NCBI RefSeq assembly: GCF_016432865.1
Contig: NC_067399.1
Location: 260,338,001-260,402,000, forward strand
DNA length: 64,000 nucleotides
Source of the DNA: Antechinus flavipes
Lineage: Eukaryota
Direction: 5' to 3'
Position numbers and translations under genes: made by a program. The notes under the pieces were generated by a model that saw only the letters and a list, made by a program, of their open reading frames with translations, was not told the origin of the DNA and did no database searches. Positions 44,660 to 61,320 of this stretch are shown here, in pieces (the first letter of the stretch is position 1; each line of letters opens with the position of its first letter).

Positions 44660-47600
44660 CTTTCCGCAACGCGCTAACCGGCCCCTCCCACCAATACTCA
44701 ACACTCTCTCTCTTCCCTTAATTAGCATGTAGAGGGCGGGCGCAGCCTGCAGGGTGGCCAGTCACGCTATCCGGAGTGCCTTTCCTCACGGTGCTACTAA
44801 CCAATAGAATCAAAGAAACGACAGAATTGACCAATCAGCACTTAGGTGGTCACAGACGGCGCAGTTGTTTTCGTTAAAGCTCAACTACGGAAGGAGAAAG
44901 GCGATTTAATTTTCTCAGCTAGAAAATGAATTATTTCTTTGCCTTTTATGGAAGGCCCTGAATGAATCAAACAGACTTCAGGGGAACTGTGTATGAGAGG
45001 ACCATTTTTAGGTTCATACATTACATACAAGAGATACTTATTCAATTAATTTCCTGAACAATATTCCCTGAGTCTCTGCTATGTTAACTCCAAGATCCTA
45101 TGCTGTGTCAAACAGAGAAGGCTCAGGTCAAAGGAGCATCAATCTGCCTTCATTTTACATGGAAACTGAGACCCCGAGAGGGCAAGTTTCTTGGTCAAGT
45201 TCAATCAAATTGTAAGTGCCAGCGTCTCCAGAAATCGTTGGTTCTAGATTCAGGCCTTTGAGGGAGCTTACAGTTTTAGCAGGGAGCACCAGATAGGAAC
45301 ATCAAAAGCTTTCGAGAGAGAGGTGTAGTCCCTTTGTTTGGAGATAAGTTGTTGGTAGGCAATATTTGGTAAGGAGGTGGTTTGAGTCAAGAAATGCTAC
45401 AAAAGCACTGAGGTACTTTTTGGTTGGAGCTTAAAGTATGAAAAGATGAAAATGGACAATACAATGCATTTATTTTATGCTGTATTGGTTTTTATAGTGG
45501 ACATAGTTTCTGCCTGAACTCATTTTGCTCAAGAATGCAGATTTCTCTCCAAATTTAAAGGCATGGTTGAAAGGGAATGTTATTCATGCTTTAGCCCCTG
45601 GGGCATTTGCTTGTTGACTTTAAAATCTAATCAGATTAACCTGATGCCACCCCAAAAAAAACATGGCCTGTGCAATTAGGAGAGGTTTGATCTCTCCCAT
45701 AGGGACAGTAAACTGTGATACTGATTCCCTAACAAAGAATACAAGAAGCAAGAAAGTCTTATTATTAACAACTGTTAATATTACTTGTCAGGAAAAGAGG
45801 ATGATTAGCCATTCCTGAGTGCCAATCCACTTTTCCTATTATGTCCAGTTGCAATGTTCCAAAACTACCAAGACCCCTTCCATTCCTCTTCATCAAGAAA
45901 GCTTATCCTTTCTCCTGGCCTCACTGAGGTGGCTAATTTGATCTACTTTGTTAATGGTTTTATGAATCACTGTTATTTAACTAATTTTATTCAGAGTATA
46001 TACCTCTGTTTACCTTTATTACATTTACTTGCCACAAAAGACTGTAGAAAAAGGCAAGGTTGAGGCCAGATGTATAAATGCTAGATTGAGAGGTTTTGGC
46101 TTTATTTAAGAAAAAGGGAATCATTGAAAAAATTTAGGTAGGTATGAGATCAATCTATATGGATAAGTGAAATCATTAGTCAATAGGAATTGAAGGTAAA
46201 AAAAAAAAAAAAACAAACCTGAAAGACCATCTAACGTCTCGTTTTAAGGAAACTGAGGCATCGAACAGATTTGCCAAAGGTAATCACAATCAAGGTCAGT
46301 TTTTGAACCCCGACTCTTTAACCCCAACTTCATTAATCTTTCCATGATGTATATGTGGGTGAATGTGATGAGTGGGTTTAATGAAACAAACATTATGTGG
46401 CTACAAGACGAAATAAGATACTATTTTCTATTTTAAAGAAAAAGTGTAACAAATGGGGAGTGGGTCGATGGGTAGGTAATAGGTGTGTCTCATGGTGACT
46501 TAAGGCAGAGAGTTTGATAGAAAACATTGTAATCTTCAGGGGACCTAGATTTTACCACCACTACTGCCTTACTTTGAGTCCGTTTCCTTTAGAGATTTTA
46601 CTAAGATTTCCTCCACCTATGTATGATATTCTTTCCCTTTCCCTTTCCCTCAGTCCATCAAGCCTCCCCGCCCATACCTCTTAAAAGAGTAATGGATAGG
46701 ACTGCTGTCCAGAGTACTCTTTCCCCTCTAGTTCCCTCTTCTCCAGCCCTAGCAAAAAAACGCTGCAGTCAAGTTACATTCAAGTTCTATTTTATGATTA
46801 TCTGAAGGAACTCCAACCACCTCTGAAATAATCGTTCCCTCTTCCAGGGAACCATTCTCCCCTCTCGGCTACCCAGAACCCCGTTCCAGGGTGTGAACAG
46901 AACGCAGCATTCCACGCATGATTAGAAATATTCATGCACGGAGCATAGCCTGGGCGCGAATTAGTGATCTCATGCGGAGGGTTGGCTTTAACTAAACAGA
47001 GGAGGTGGCGAAGCGGGGCCAGTGAGCCCATTTCCCGGCTCCTTGGTGCAACTTAAATTTATGGGGAAAGGTGGCTGGGAGGGTAATGAGCGGCGAACCG
47101 CCGTGCAAACACGCGATGGTGCAAAAGAAATCGGAATTGGGAAGAAAATGCGCATAAATCTTTTCGGTACCCTTCCTTCCTCACCAGAGGTGGGAATAAA
47201 GGGTCATTTTTTTCCCTCTCCTCTCCTAGCTGGATAGAACAGTAGGAGAAGGTGGGGGCGTGGGAGAGGGTCCCGACCAGGGCCTAAAGGGAAGAGACTG
47301 AGTGGGAAGAACAATTTGCAGATTAGAGATAAGTGATCTGAGTTAGGTCCCCAGAATACACCCCACTTCATTATCCTTCCCAGTTAAATACAGGATTCTC
47401 TGGTCTTGGAGATCGGGATGAATTCAGCTTTCTCTCCACTCTGTTCCTAGAGGCAGCCTCCATGATGGAGAGATCTAAAGGCCCAAAGAAATCTTTCCCT
47501 CTGAAGAATAGGGAGAGGTTAATGCAGATTTGAGGATGGGACATGAAATGTTCCCTTCTCCCCACAGAGACATAGAGATATGTGTGGGAGACCCACAAGA

Positions 47601-50600
47601 AGAGTGCAGCAAGCCTGAGACCATGTTTTGGAGTGGGCAAAATGTCCTGAAAGGATATCTTGTCACAGTTCTTCCCATTCCACATTGTTCCTTATGTGCC
47701 TAAAAGAAGGAGATATCACATGGGTGAGAGAAACTTGGGAATTCTAGGGACCAGAATGAAGAGATGATCAATCTAAATGCATCTTTTGGGACAGAGGAAT
47801 TAATCTGGTCTATGGGCACATGTCATTCAAGGGAAAACAAAGTCTAAATGAAGGTATATGGACCTTGGCACAGAAAAAGTCTTTGTGTATGCCTACCATA
47901 TATAACTTTTCAGTACAACTTTAAATGCTTTCTGTCCCCATCTTCCCTCACCTCATTGCTGGTTATAAACTTTCCATTCTATTCTAACAAAGCAGCTTGC
48001 TGTTTCAGCTCTCTAATACTAAAATGTCACCTCTGATTTCCATCTCTCACTCTCTGCTCTGTTCCATCTCTGCATTTGTTCTTGGCGTTTCCTGATTTGA
48101 AATGCTTTCCTATTCTTTTTCATCAGTCTATGACCCCTTTCTTTGGCCTAAATCAACTCAAATACCACTTTCTCCACAAAGCATCGATTAATCTCACCCT
48201 ACATCTATCTTGTGATATTTTCTTAGCACTTAAGTATATCCTTGGCATTTATGTTACTATGTACAGATTTTTCTATTTTCTTGTCTCATGCACATTCATA
48301 CTAGGAAATGTCCCCCCCTTTATCCACCTTATTACAACATGGTGAATGTTCCAATACAGGGAGTGACTAGTGTGTACTGCCTGATCAATGTCTCTACAAG
48401 GAGTACAAGTCCTCTCTTCACCCCCATTACTTTCAGCCTCTCCTCATTAAGCCTCACCTCCTTTTTCCCTGCTCTCATAACTTTGCTCCAATTCCTGCAC
48501 CTATCCCTCTATCTCTATTTCTTTTGAGAATCTCTTTTCCTCTTCCCAATTGCTCTTAAACTGGAGTCTCTGTTTTGCTGAAGTTAGGTCTTCTCATTTC
48601 TGCTTATGGAAATGCTTTCTTTCAAGGCTCAGCTCATGTTTCCCCTACCCCCTTTGGTAAATAAAGCCTTTCTTGCTTTGCCTACTTTTAATCTTAATTG
48701 TGATCATGCTATCCCTGTCTCCCCTCCCCTCACTTCCATCATAGAATATACAATTCTTGAGGTCAGGCACTGTTTTTGTTTTTTTGTTGTATCTACAGCA
48801 CCTTGAATGAAGTATGTGCTTGATAAATATTTGTTGGTCAAATGTGTCTGCACATATATTTTTCTTTTCACATGTACATTCTTCAATAAAGTCATCCTCT
48901 GTTGCCTCATCATGACATTGAGATGACCTATATTAAAAAGGTTATGCTAGCAGTATACAAGCCTTGGCTGGTCCTAACGTATTGTACATTTTAGGCCTGG
49001 CATTGGCCTATATGCATCTGTCATCTGAGAACCACTCTAGCTAAATTTAGAAGGCCTCATCACCAAGAAGTTGAACATCAGGTTAATTTTTTTCAGTTAT
49101 AGCATCTTTTGAAGACTACTAAAGTCGTGATTTATATTAGTTGTGATCCGTCACATTGATGAAATTATAAGTTCTAATATATGTATATATAAATGTATTC
49201 TAATAAATATATTCATATTATGTGCTCATCCTAACTCCATAATTAGAAGAGGAGCTTCCTAAGACAGTAGGAACTATGCTATCTTCTTCCTTAATACACA
49301 AGACAGGGCTCTGCCCAAAGAAGATTATGTTTGGTACACAGTAAGGAAAAAGTTGAGGGACTGCCTCATCTCTCATTACAGCTCAAGGAAAATCTTGCTT
49401 GCTTTATTCCAGCCATTTAGATAGTAGCATTTCCTGTGTCTAACTTGCCTCAGTGACCATGTCTTCCCTTCATTATCCTCTCTTGGGATTAGGAAATGGA
49501 ACTGGTATTAAGGGACAGGAATATGGCTTATCAGTTGGATGATAATGTTGGAGATCTATACAACTCTCTTGCTTTCTAAACTCTTTTCAAAGATCATGAA
49601 TTCAAGCAGGTGACAGCATATTCAATCACACTCATCTAATATGTGAACACCTGCTCACTCTCCTGGGGCATTGGTTCTTACCTACAGATGTGTACACAAA
49701 TATAAAAACAGGCACATTTATCTTTCCCCAGACTTGGCAACATTTTTCTCCAAAGAGAGAAAAGTGCCAGGTTAAGCCCTGCTTTATCTTCCCCTCAATA
49801 CACACATACCACACACATATATACACACACACTCAAAATCTAGGAAATCAGGATCTCTGTAAAATGAACTGGGAAAGATGTAAGGGAGGGGAGCTACAGT
49901 AACAGAACTTGAGCATCCATATCCTCTATTGACATGGAAGTTTCCGATTCCTTCTATTATTGCCTCGCACCATCCTTTCCCTCACCCGGACCCCTAGTTC
50001 TGTTCTTTTATGATCAAAAGCCTGGTTTTGAAATCCAGCTGAAGTGGGCTAATCTTTCTAAGGGAATGGGGTAGGGAGCAGAGAAGAGAAAAGGCAAGAA
50101 CTTAATATATGTCTTCTCAATTTGGAGGATTCTCCCTAAATCCCACTTGGGAATGACCTGAATAGGATAAGGGTATTTAAAGTGACTAAACTGTAGCTTT
50201 GGTTAATAAAGAAGTTCAGGATGGGGGATGACGGATGAGCATGAAGAAGCACCAATGGATGGGAATTGGGAGAAGAGAGGTAAGGAATGAATTCCTCACT
50301 CTGGGCCTGTGATCCTTCACACCCCAGGAAAGGGACTCGGGTTCTCTTTTTGTTAGGAGTGGTGCTGACAGCAGAGATTGGGGAAGGCAATGGATAAGAG
50401 TGTAGTTTTACCGCATTGCTCCAAACTAAGGACCTTCTATATTCCTACAAACCCACTTTCATCAGTCTACCCAGAAACCAGAAGATGGATAAAAAGAGGG
50501 TCAACTGATGAGAAAAAGAAGCAGAAAAGAGGGGAAAAAGGAGCCAAAACCAAGAGAAGAGTGGTTGGTCTGGGCAGGGAACTAACTGGTCTTGAGTTTG

Positions 50601-50871
50601 GGGGTAGGACCACACCCAATGGACGAAGTTGGGGCGGGGCCACATCCAGGAGGAGAGGAATGAGGGGCGGGGAGAGGCAGCCGGAGGCGGGGCCAAAGCC
50701 ATGGCGGGCGAATTGAAGGCAGCGTCAAAACCAGGGATTGGTCGGGCTGTGGGACTGAGTCTAGGCTGGAGAGGCCGTTAGGTGTGAGGCCCAATCTAGA
50801 AAGGCAGTTGGAAATCCAAGGCGGTTGGAGACACATGTCCAAAATTTACGGCTCCTAGGAGGGAGGGAGGG

Positions 50872-50873
50872 GT

Positions 50874-50912
<39 letters not shown>

Positions 50913-50925
50913 TGTCTGTGTGTGG
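50872..50925. repeat. (TG)n microsatellite, read as (CA)n in the AJM1 3' UTR
   Basis: About 15 perfect TG units at 50879-50908 with degenerate flanks, ~60 nt after the AJM1 stop codon. Confidence 0.97.
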
Positions 50926-50985
50926 TGTGAAAGAGAGAAAAACAGAGAGACAAGAGACAGAGAGAAGATAGAGGAAGGGGACGTG

Positions 50986-54021
<3,036 letters not shown>

Positions 54022-57000
54022 TCAGACGGCCTCGGGAGAGTCTAGCCCTAGGAAGGTGGGGGAAGAGAGACAAAGTTAGAGGCGGAGTCCTGATTCTCCT
54101 ACGCTCAGGATCTGTGAAAGATTGGAATTGGGAATATTACAGCTTCCATAACCCATAGTTACCTGGGACAGTAGTACTGTAGCGGCTCTGGCTGTCTGAT
54201 GCTGGTGGACTGTTTGAAGGAAGCTCCATTCCTGCTGGTTAGCAGCACCTAGAAAAAGGATTCAAGAATCAGCTGGAGGCTCGAGCCTCTATTTCACCTC
54301 CTCCCTTCCCATCTGGAGCGGTTTAGTTTGGCAGCAACTATCTTCCTGTGGTCGAAATAGCCTGAAGTCTGAGAGCAAATTTCTGACCTAGGGATTTGTC
54401 CACTTCTTGGCTACAGACCACTATTTCTCCATCTGGGTTTTGGGATAAATCCCTGTCACCGGATCTGGCAGGGCTCCTGACTCAGGGCTAAAGACCAGTT
54501 TGTATCACTGGAAGGTGTAGGGGAAAGTTAAGTGGATTTGACCTCAGAAAGCCTAGGTTTGACTCAGTTATTACAATATCTTGACCAAGTCATCTCTCTG
54601 GGCTAATTACCCCATCTGTAATGGGGATAATTCTTGTCCTACCTGTCTCATAGTTGTGAAGAAAACTTCCTAGAGCTGAGCTATTCAGCAGGGAATTCCC
54701 ACTCAAGAATTTGCAACTGGTGTTTCTATGGTTACTGGGCTTCATTTATGGGATAGGGGAGTATTCATTAATGGTCCTGTATGGCTTACGCCTTGAATTA
54801 TTTTTGGCTATCTGTAAATTAATGTTTCCTATATGAAATTATAAGGCTGACTCTTAAGAAATCACAGAGGAACCAATTCTCTTGTTCTTGCATCATGAAC
54901 ACTTGCTAAAACAAAATTTTAGAGCTGGAAGGAACCTCTGATGTCATCTAGATTAACAATCTCTTCTCCAACATCCTTGGGAACCTTTGCTTGAAGATCT
55001 CCCTTAATAGGGAAACCCTTACACCTCAATTCTACTTTTTTACTACTCTGTTAATATACCTATCCCCTGTGTAGGTTGAAATCTTCTCTGCAACTTACAC
55101 CCACTGCTACCAGCACTGCTTTATGTGGCTAAAGAATATAAATCCTATTTCAGAGAGCATGCATAGTGAATGCATGAGGACATGGGACTGAGACATCATG
55201 GTACAGTGGAAAAGAGAAATGGCTCTAGGGTCTGAGAACATAGGTTCAAATTCTTCCTCTGAGGTTTCCTCTTTTGTTTGACTTCAGCCAAGGAAGTCAA
55301 GTTAGCTTCCTTAAGTCTGTTTTCTCAACTGTAAAGTGATGGCTGTGAGCCTAATATGCTTCCCAGCTGTAGAGCTGTGACTTTATTGAAGGGAATATGG
55401 ATGCAGGACAGGCTTCCAGACCCCTTTGGATCTTTTTCCTGTTTCACTTAGGTTGTAAAACAGGGAGAGTGTGGTATGTTCACATATACGCCACCTACAT
55501 TGACACATGACTAAACAATCAAGAAGACCAAGGTTCAAATCCTACTGACATATTGGAGGATGTAACACTGGACAAATCACTTAACACATGGTGTTGTAGA
55601 AGGAGTGCTGTAATTGGAATTATAGAATGCAAATTAGGATCCCAGCTCTGCTTATTATCTGTGCAACTTTGAGCTCTCTTAACCTCTCTTGTCCTCAGTT
55701 TCCTCATTTATAAAAATGATGGGGCTTCCTTAGATGACCTCTAAGATCCCTTCTTAGATCTCTATATATTATATCCTATCATGTGCATAAGACCACACAT
55801 GTAATTTCAAATGACAATACACAGAAATATGCAACATGAAAATAGAGCTCACTTATTCCCCTCTCCTCAACCTCCCCCTCTCTTCCGAAGTCTGAAATAT
55901 ATCAAGACATGGTATCCAGGAGCAACTCATGATTCCTGCTCCAAAACGTAATGAGCTCAAAATGGACCATATCACAGTGAGGGTTGGGGAAATGCACAGT
56001 CCCTAAATTTGAATGTTTCCTACCTTAAATAGCACAGATGGCCCCAAATAATCTTAGCAGCTAGATAGAACTTTGAAGGTTGTTACTATACCTTTATCAT
56101 CTGTTTTCCCATGGTCTGTTACAGTGAGCTGAACATAATGGCAGGTGCCTAAATACATGTTAGTATAATTAAAGCCATGTTAATTTGGCTAGAAAAATTA
56201 CTTTTTCCATGATCACCACCCATTTTAAAAAAAATCCAAATTTTCTTTAATTCAAATGATTGAGATAATATAGGTGGTCCTATATAGGTAGAAAACTGCC
56301 AGGAAAATATTCACATTTATTTTACTTCTGAGATACTTGAATCCCTAATTCACACTTTCCACTTGAGCTAGACAAAAGTAGTCTCTGGGGCCCAAGGAAT
56401 ATTTAGGGATCAGAACTAGATCAGTTTCTTAGTACCCTACGTAATAGGCTACCACCCTGGGAGAAATTGTAATGTCATTGAAAGTAATTGAGTACTGAGC
56501 TTACGAGTCAAAAGGAAGCACATAAAACAAAAGAAAATTCTAAGCATTAACTATGTGCCAGGCACTGTACTAAGTGCTGGCAATGCAAAGGCAACAGAAA
56601 GAGCATGAAGTGACATTTATTAACCTTGTGACTATGGGTCAGTCACTTAGTGTCTCTAATCCTCAGTCTGCAAAACCTGCAAATTAATATTTGCCTTACC
56701 CACATCACAAAACTTAATGAGGGAAGTATTTTGTATTAAATTGAACATTCAGTCCCTGTTATAACATGTATGATAGCTGACTGAAGGCCAGTTTTAGGTC
56801 AAAGACCTAGGGTCAAATCCCTCTTGACATACTGTGTGTGTGACCCAGGCAAAATCACTCTACCACCATTAACTCAACTGCTTCACAGTTTGTAAAACTG
56901 CCCCCAAGTTTCTTAATTTGTTTTGGTAGTAGAAACTTTGTTCACTGATTTTGTCCCAGTGGCCATGAGGACAGGATTCTACTGTATTTCAAGTGCTGCA

Positions 57001-58149
57001 GAAATGCAAATTAGTAGAGCTATATTTTTTTATACTCTGTCTCCCAGAGACAGAATAATGGCATATCTTTCAGCAGATTAAACTTCCTGGGGACATAAGG
57101 GGCTAGGTGAGCATGCTGTAACACTTGACAGTGATGACATGCATTAGCAAGGACACAGATGTTGGGAAAAGGGGTGAGAATCATATGATGAGAGAGATAA
57201 GAGAGTGGTCATATGCTGTATTAATTGCCACAAGACATTAAAAGGGTCAGAGAAAGTTCTAGGTACAGAGATCATCCTATGGTGAATTAATGGATTGGAT
57301 AAGAAATGCATAGAATCAGAAGGTATTTGGAGCAGGTGTAATCTGCACTGAAGAAAGTAGCATGCACACTGATATGATCACAGACTGATGAGATCATAGA
57401 TCCACTTTAGGATGAATTTGAATTTCTTTGTGCTGGCAATTAAACTGTCATCACTAACTCAGAGAAGCAGATAGTCCCGGGCTATCCCACACCCACATGA
57501 AAAAGCATTCAGGCACAGAGGTGTCTGAGGTAACTAAGAGTTCTGGGCTTGGAGTCAGGAAGACCAGAGTTCAGATCCTATTTGTGTAACTTTGGGCAAG
57601 CTACTCAACATCTCTCTGCCTCAGTTTATGCATCTGCGAAGTGGGAATAATAGTTGTGAGGCTAAAATGAGGTAATAGCTAATGTATATAACATTTACTA
57701 TGTGCTAGGCACTGTGGTAAGCATTTTACGTATATCATATTAGGTCCTCACAGCAATCCTGGAGATAGGTACTATTATTTCCATTTTACTGTTGAGAAAA
57801 CTGAGGCAGACAAAGGTTGAGTGATTTATGCAGGGTCAGGCAACTAGTAAGAGAGGTCAAATTTTTACTTGGGGCTTCTTGATCCAGGCTCAGCACATAC
57901 TCTACTGTCACCTAGGTAAAGTAGCTTTGCAAATCTTTAAAAGTTTTTTTTTTCTTTTTGTGAAGCAATTGGGATCAAGTGACTTGCTAGATCACACAGG
58001 TAGTGAATATTAAGTGTCTGAGGCTGGATTTGAATTCACGTTCTTCCAATTTCAGGATCAGTTCTTTTAACTACTGTGCCGTCTAGCTGTTAAAGTTGTA
58101 TATAAAAGCTATCTAAAAACCATCTGTAGCCTATATATATATAGTACTC

Positions 58150-61100
58150 TGCCTCCTAATTCATCAATCTTATCTCTTATTGATTTGCACTTTCTCTCTA
58201 CTACAACCCATATTAAAGGGATGATCATAGCCTTGATCTCCTTACTTGGAGCTTACTTTCATGATTCATGATCATATTGTCTGGCCATAAGTATGTTTCT
58301 TTTTCCTCCTATGGTATTGATCCCATAGTTAACTAGTTCAATTACTTGTCTTTCTACTCTCTAGTGCCTTGCTCCTTGTTCTATATTTTGTCAGCCCTGG
58401 TTTGTCCCATCTACTTTTCTCCATTCTGCTGAAATGCTGCTGAGTGCTTTGTTTGGCTGAATGCTATGTGCTGCTTCTGGAAGCGATACAACCTTACTGT
58501 TGGGCCCACTACAAATTCATTGTCAATCCAGATCCTTTTTGCTACATGGCAATTTTATTATTCTTCCATAATTAACCATATTTTCCACAGTGGCTGTTCC
58601 AAACGTCTCTTAAAGCCTCCCACACCATCTTCCCTTCCCCTTCTGCCAGCAAAATCTCTTTTAAAATATATTTTATTAAAGAGAATCCACTCATCATTCC
58701 TCCCCACTTTGCCCATCTTTTATACCTCAGAACTTCTCATCACAACCCCAAGGGAGAGTGCCAAGTAGTGGTACATATTAGGTTCACCTCAACTACTACT
58801 TCTAGTCAGACCCTCATGGAGAGGGTCCAGAACCCTAAGCCCAAGAGCTACATCATCAATCCTGCCTTGGAGTCTGGCCTTTAAAGTCATGATGGATGGG
58901 GATCAGCCTCTGTGGAGAAAAGATTCACTACTGCAAATTATTAGTACATCACTAGCAACCACTGACTAAGTGCCATTGAGGAGCTGGCTCAAGAGCTCTG
59001 GAAAAAGTACCTCCCAGAAAGTACCTGCTTCCAGTCCAGCCTCCAAAGCCATCATCCAAAGGGGCAAGAAGGAATTGGCCACTGCTCCCCACACTTCCTT
59101 ACCTACCTTTTCCCCTTAAAACTTGAACTTTTAGAACTTGTCACAGTCTAAAACTCTGTGTTTAAGAGTCTTGGGAACAGTAGTCTCCCTCCCTCCCATC
59201 CCAATTTCTCCTTCCAGGCCAATGCCTGAAGCCATAAGCTAAAAGTCAACTTGGGGAGTTTAAGGTGCCAAAGAGCCCACCTACTCAGCAGCCACAACCA
59301 CTGAAGACCTGGAAGAGAAAGTTCTTGCCACCAAAGTCTTTGGCCTTGTAACATGGTTCAGTGTCAGAAATGGATATATTTTGTCAGTGGATATATTAAA
59401 GAAGATATACCATTTGTGTGGAAGCTGTACCAAGGATCATGAGGCATTTTCATCTGAGCTGCTGCCGAAACTTTTGCAAAACTTATCTTTCTCCCCATTA
59501 GAAAGTGAGTTCTTTGAGAGCAGAAGCAGTTTTCTATATTTGAATTTCCATCAAATTGCCCCATCCTTTGTTCATAGTAAGCACTTATTTAGTAAATGTG
59601 TTTTCATTCATTCATTCACCATTTACTCTTCCTTTGCTTTAGTCTCTACTCCTGATATTGGCCCTTGTCTTTAAGCCTAGCTAACCTTGAAGTTAGCTTT
59701 ATCTAATACCCATTTGTCCCCTCAGGGAATTTGTCTATTAGAACACCCCTCTGTTTTTAATTTTCAGTCTTTTCTTATTGAAACTGTTTACAAACTGGCT
59801 CAAGTTTTCCTCATCCTTAAAAAGTCTTCCCTCACCACCCTCTTTTCCTCAAACTATTGGCCGGTATTTTTACTCCCTTTCATATCAAACTTTTAGAAAG
59901 TTTTTTCCCCCCACTTCCTTATTCTTTTGTATTGTGACTTCTGACTCCACAACTTGAATGAAACCCTTCTCTCCAAATTAGCCAATGACTTCTTTAAGTT
60001 GCTAAATCCAATGGCTTTTTCTGATTTATTGTTCTTGACCTCTCCTGCAACTTTGAGCTTGTGTCACCATTCCTTATCCTGGAAGGGATTTTAGAGGTCA
60101 TCTGGTCTAACCCTGGTTTATAGACAAGGGGATAGAACCCAGAGAGGTTTTGAACGGCCCACATAATGTAGAAAGGAAGTGTCAGAGGCAGGATTATGTT
60201 AATGACTTCCAAATCTTTATAGAAAAACTAAATCTCCTGAATTTTAGTCCCAAATCAGTTACCTCTTCTATCTCCATCAGGATGTTTTATAAGCTTCCTG
60301 AACTCAACCTGTCCTTAAATGAGATTGGTTTCCCATTTCTTTTTCTATCTACCTATCATCCATAAAATTTCTTTGTTTGTATCTTGTGACTGAGTTGTTT
60401 TAAGGCTCCATGTCTCTTTTTTGTAAATGAGCAGGTTCTATGCCCCTGGAAGAGGAGAAAAGGGCCTTGGGAAGTTTCTTAAATGCCTTTATGCCGCAGG
60501 TTCCAATATCCATCCCTACCATTCCTTTATCCCTTTCCCATCATCACATCCAGGGCCTAGTGGGGAGCTCTTTCCTCCAATTTCTTTACCACTATTCCTT
60601 TAACCATTGCCAAATATTGTCGATTTTGCCTTCACGTTTCTTGATTCTATGACTTATTTTCTTCTCATGTGACTACTACCTCAGTTGCCTGGATTATTTT
60701 CAACTTCCTAATCAATTTCTCTGTTTTCATTCTCTTCCCCTTTTCCATTTTTCATACAGAACAAAAACTATCTTTAAGTACAGGCCTGACGATGCTATTT
60801 CGGCTCAAGAATCAAGAATCCTGTTGCTTCAAAGAGAAGATAAATTCCTCATCTTAATGTTTAAAGCTCTTTACAATACAGATCCAGCCTAAATTTGTTT
60901 TACATTGCCTCCCTTCACACATACTACTTTATCAAAAAAACCCGACCTATTTGCCACTCCTGGAACTTCATGCCATTTATCCATCTTCATGCATTTGCAT
61001 ACTTTCCCCCTTCTTTCTCATCCCTGGAATACATTCCTTCTCTCTTTCCTTACCCTCTGAGAACCTTAGCTTCTTTTAAGATGCAATTCAGGTGCCACCT

Positions 61101-61320
61101 TTTAAGTGAAATTTTTCCTGATCTATTTTAGTGTTTTTGCCCTCCTGAAATAATCTGCATTCCTCCCAATATAGTGTAAACCACTCGAAGGAAAAGATTT
61201 TAACAAAATTCCTAGTTGCTGATCTAGTGAAGTTCCTTGAGGCCAGGATGTTCATTTTTTTTTTGTCATTGCACCTCAGAATCAAGCAGATTTCTTACCT
61301 TAAGAGGTGCTTCATGAATG
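58150..61320 (+). mobile_element. Long fragmented L2 (ORF2/RT relic) interrupted by other insertions
   Basis: Degenerate RT motifs: aactattggccggtatttttactccctttcatatcaaacttttagaa (NYRPISLLPFLSKLLE-like) and tcttgacctctcctgcaactttga (LDLSAAFD-like). L2-like 3' end near 61300. Confidence 0.7.
59285..59420 (+). pseudogene. Processed fragment of a Y-box cold-shock-domain gene, YBX3-like
   Basis: Translates to AATTTEDLEEKVLATKVFGLVTWFSVRNGY, followed by degraded aaagaagat (KED). Compare recalled YBX3 [39 protein letters not shown]. It crosses YBX exon junctions without introns. Confidence 0.75.

Noticed and set aside
45420-45920. Unique-looking stretch upstream of PHPT1, tested as a possible retrocopy
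   Set aside because: Minus-strand frames (e.g. GEIKPLLIAQAMFFWGG) matched no protein I recognise. BLASTX would be needed.
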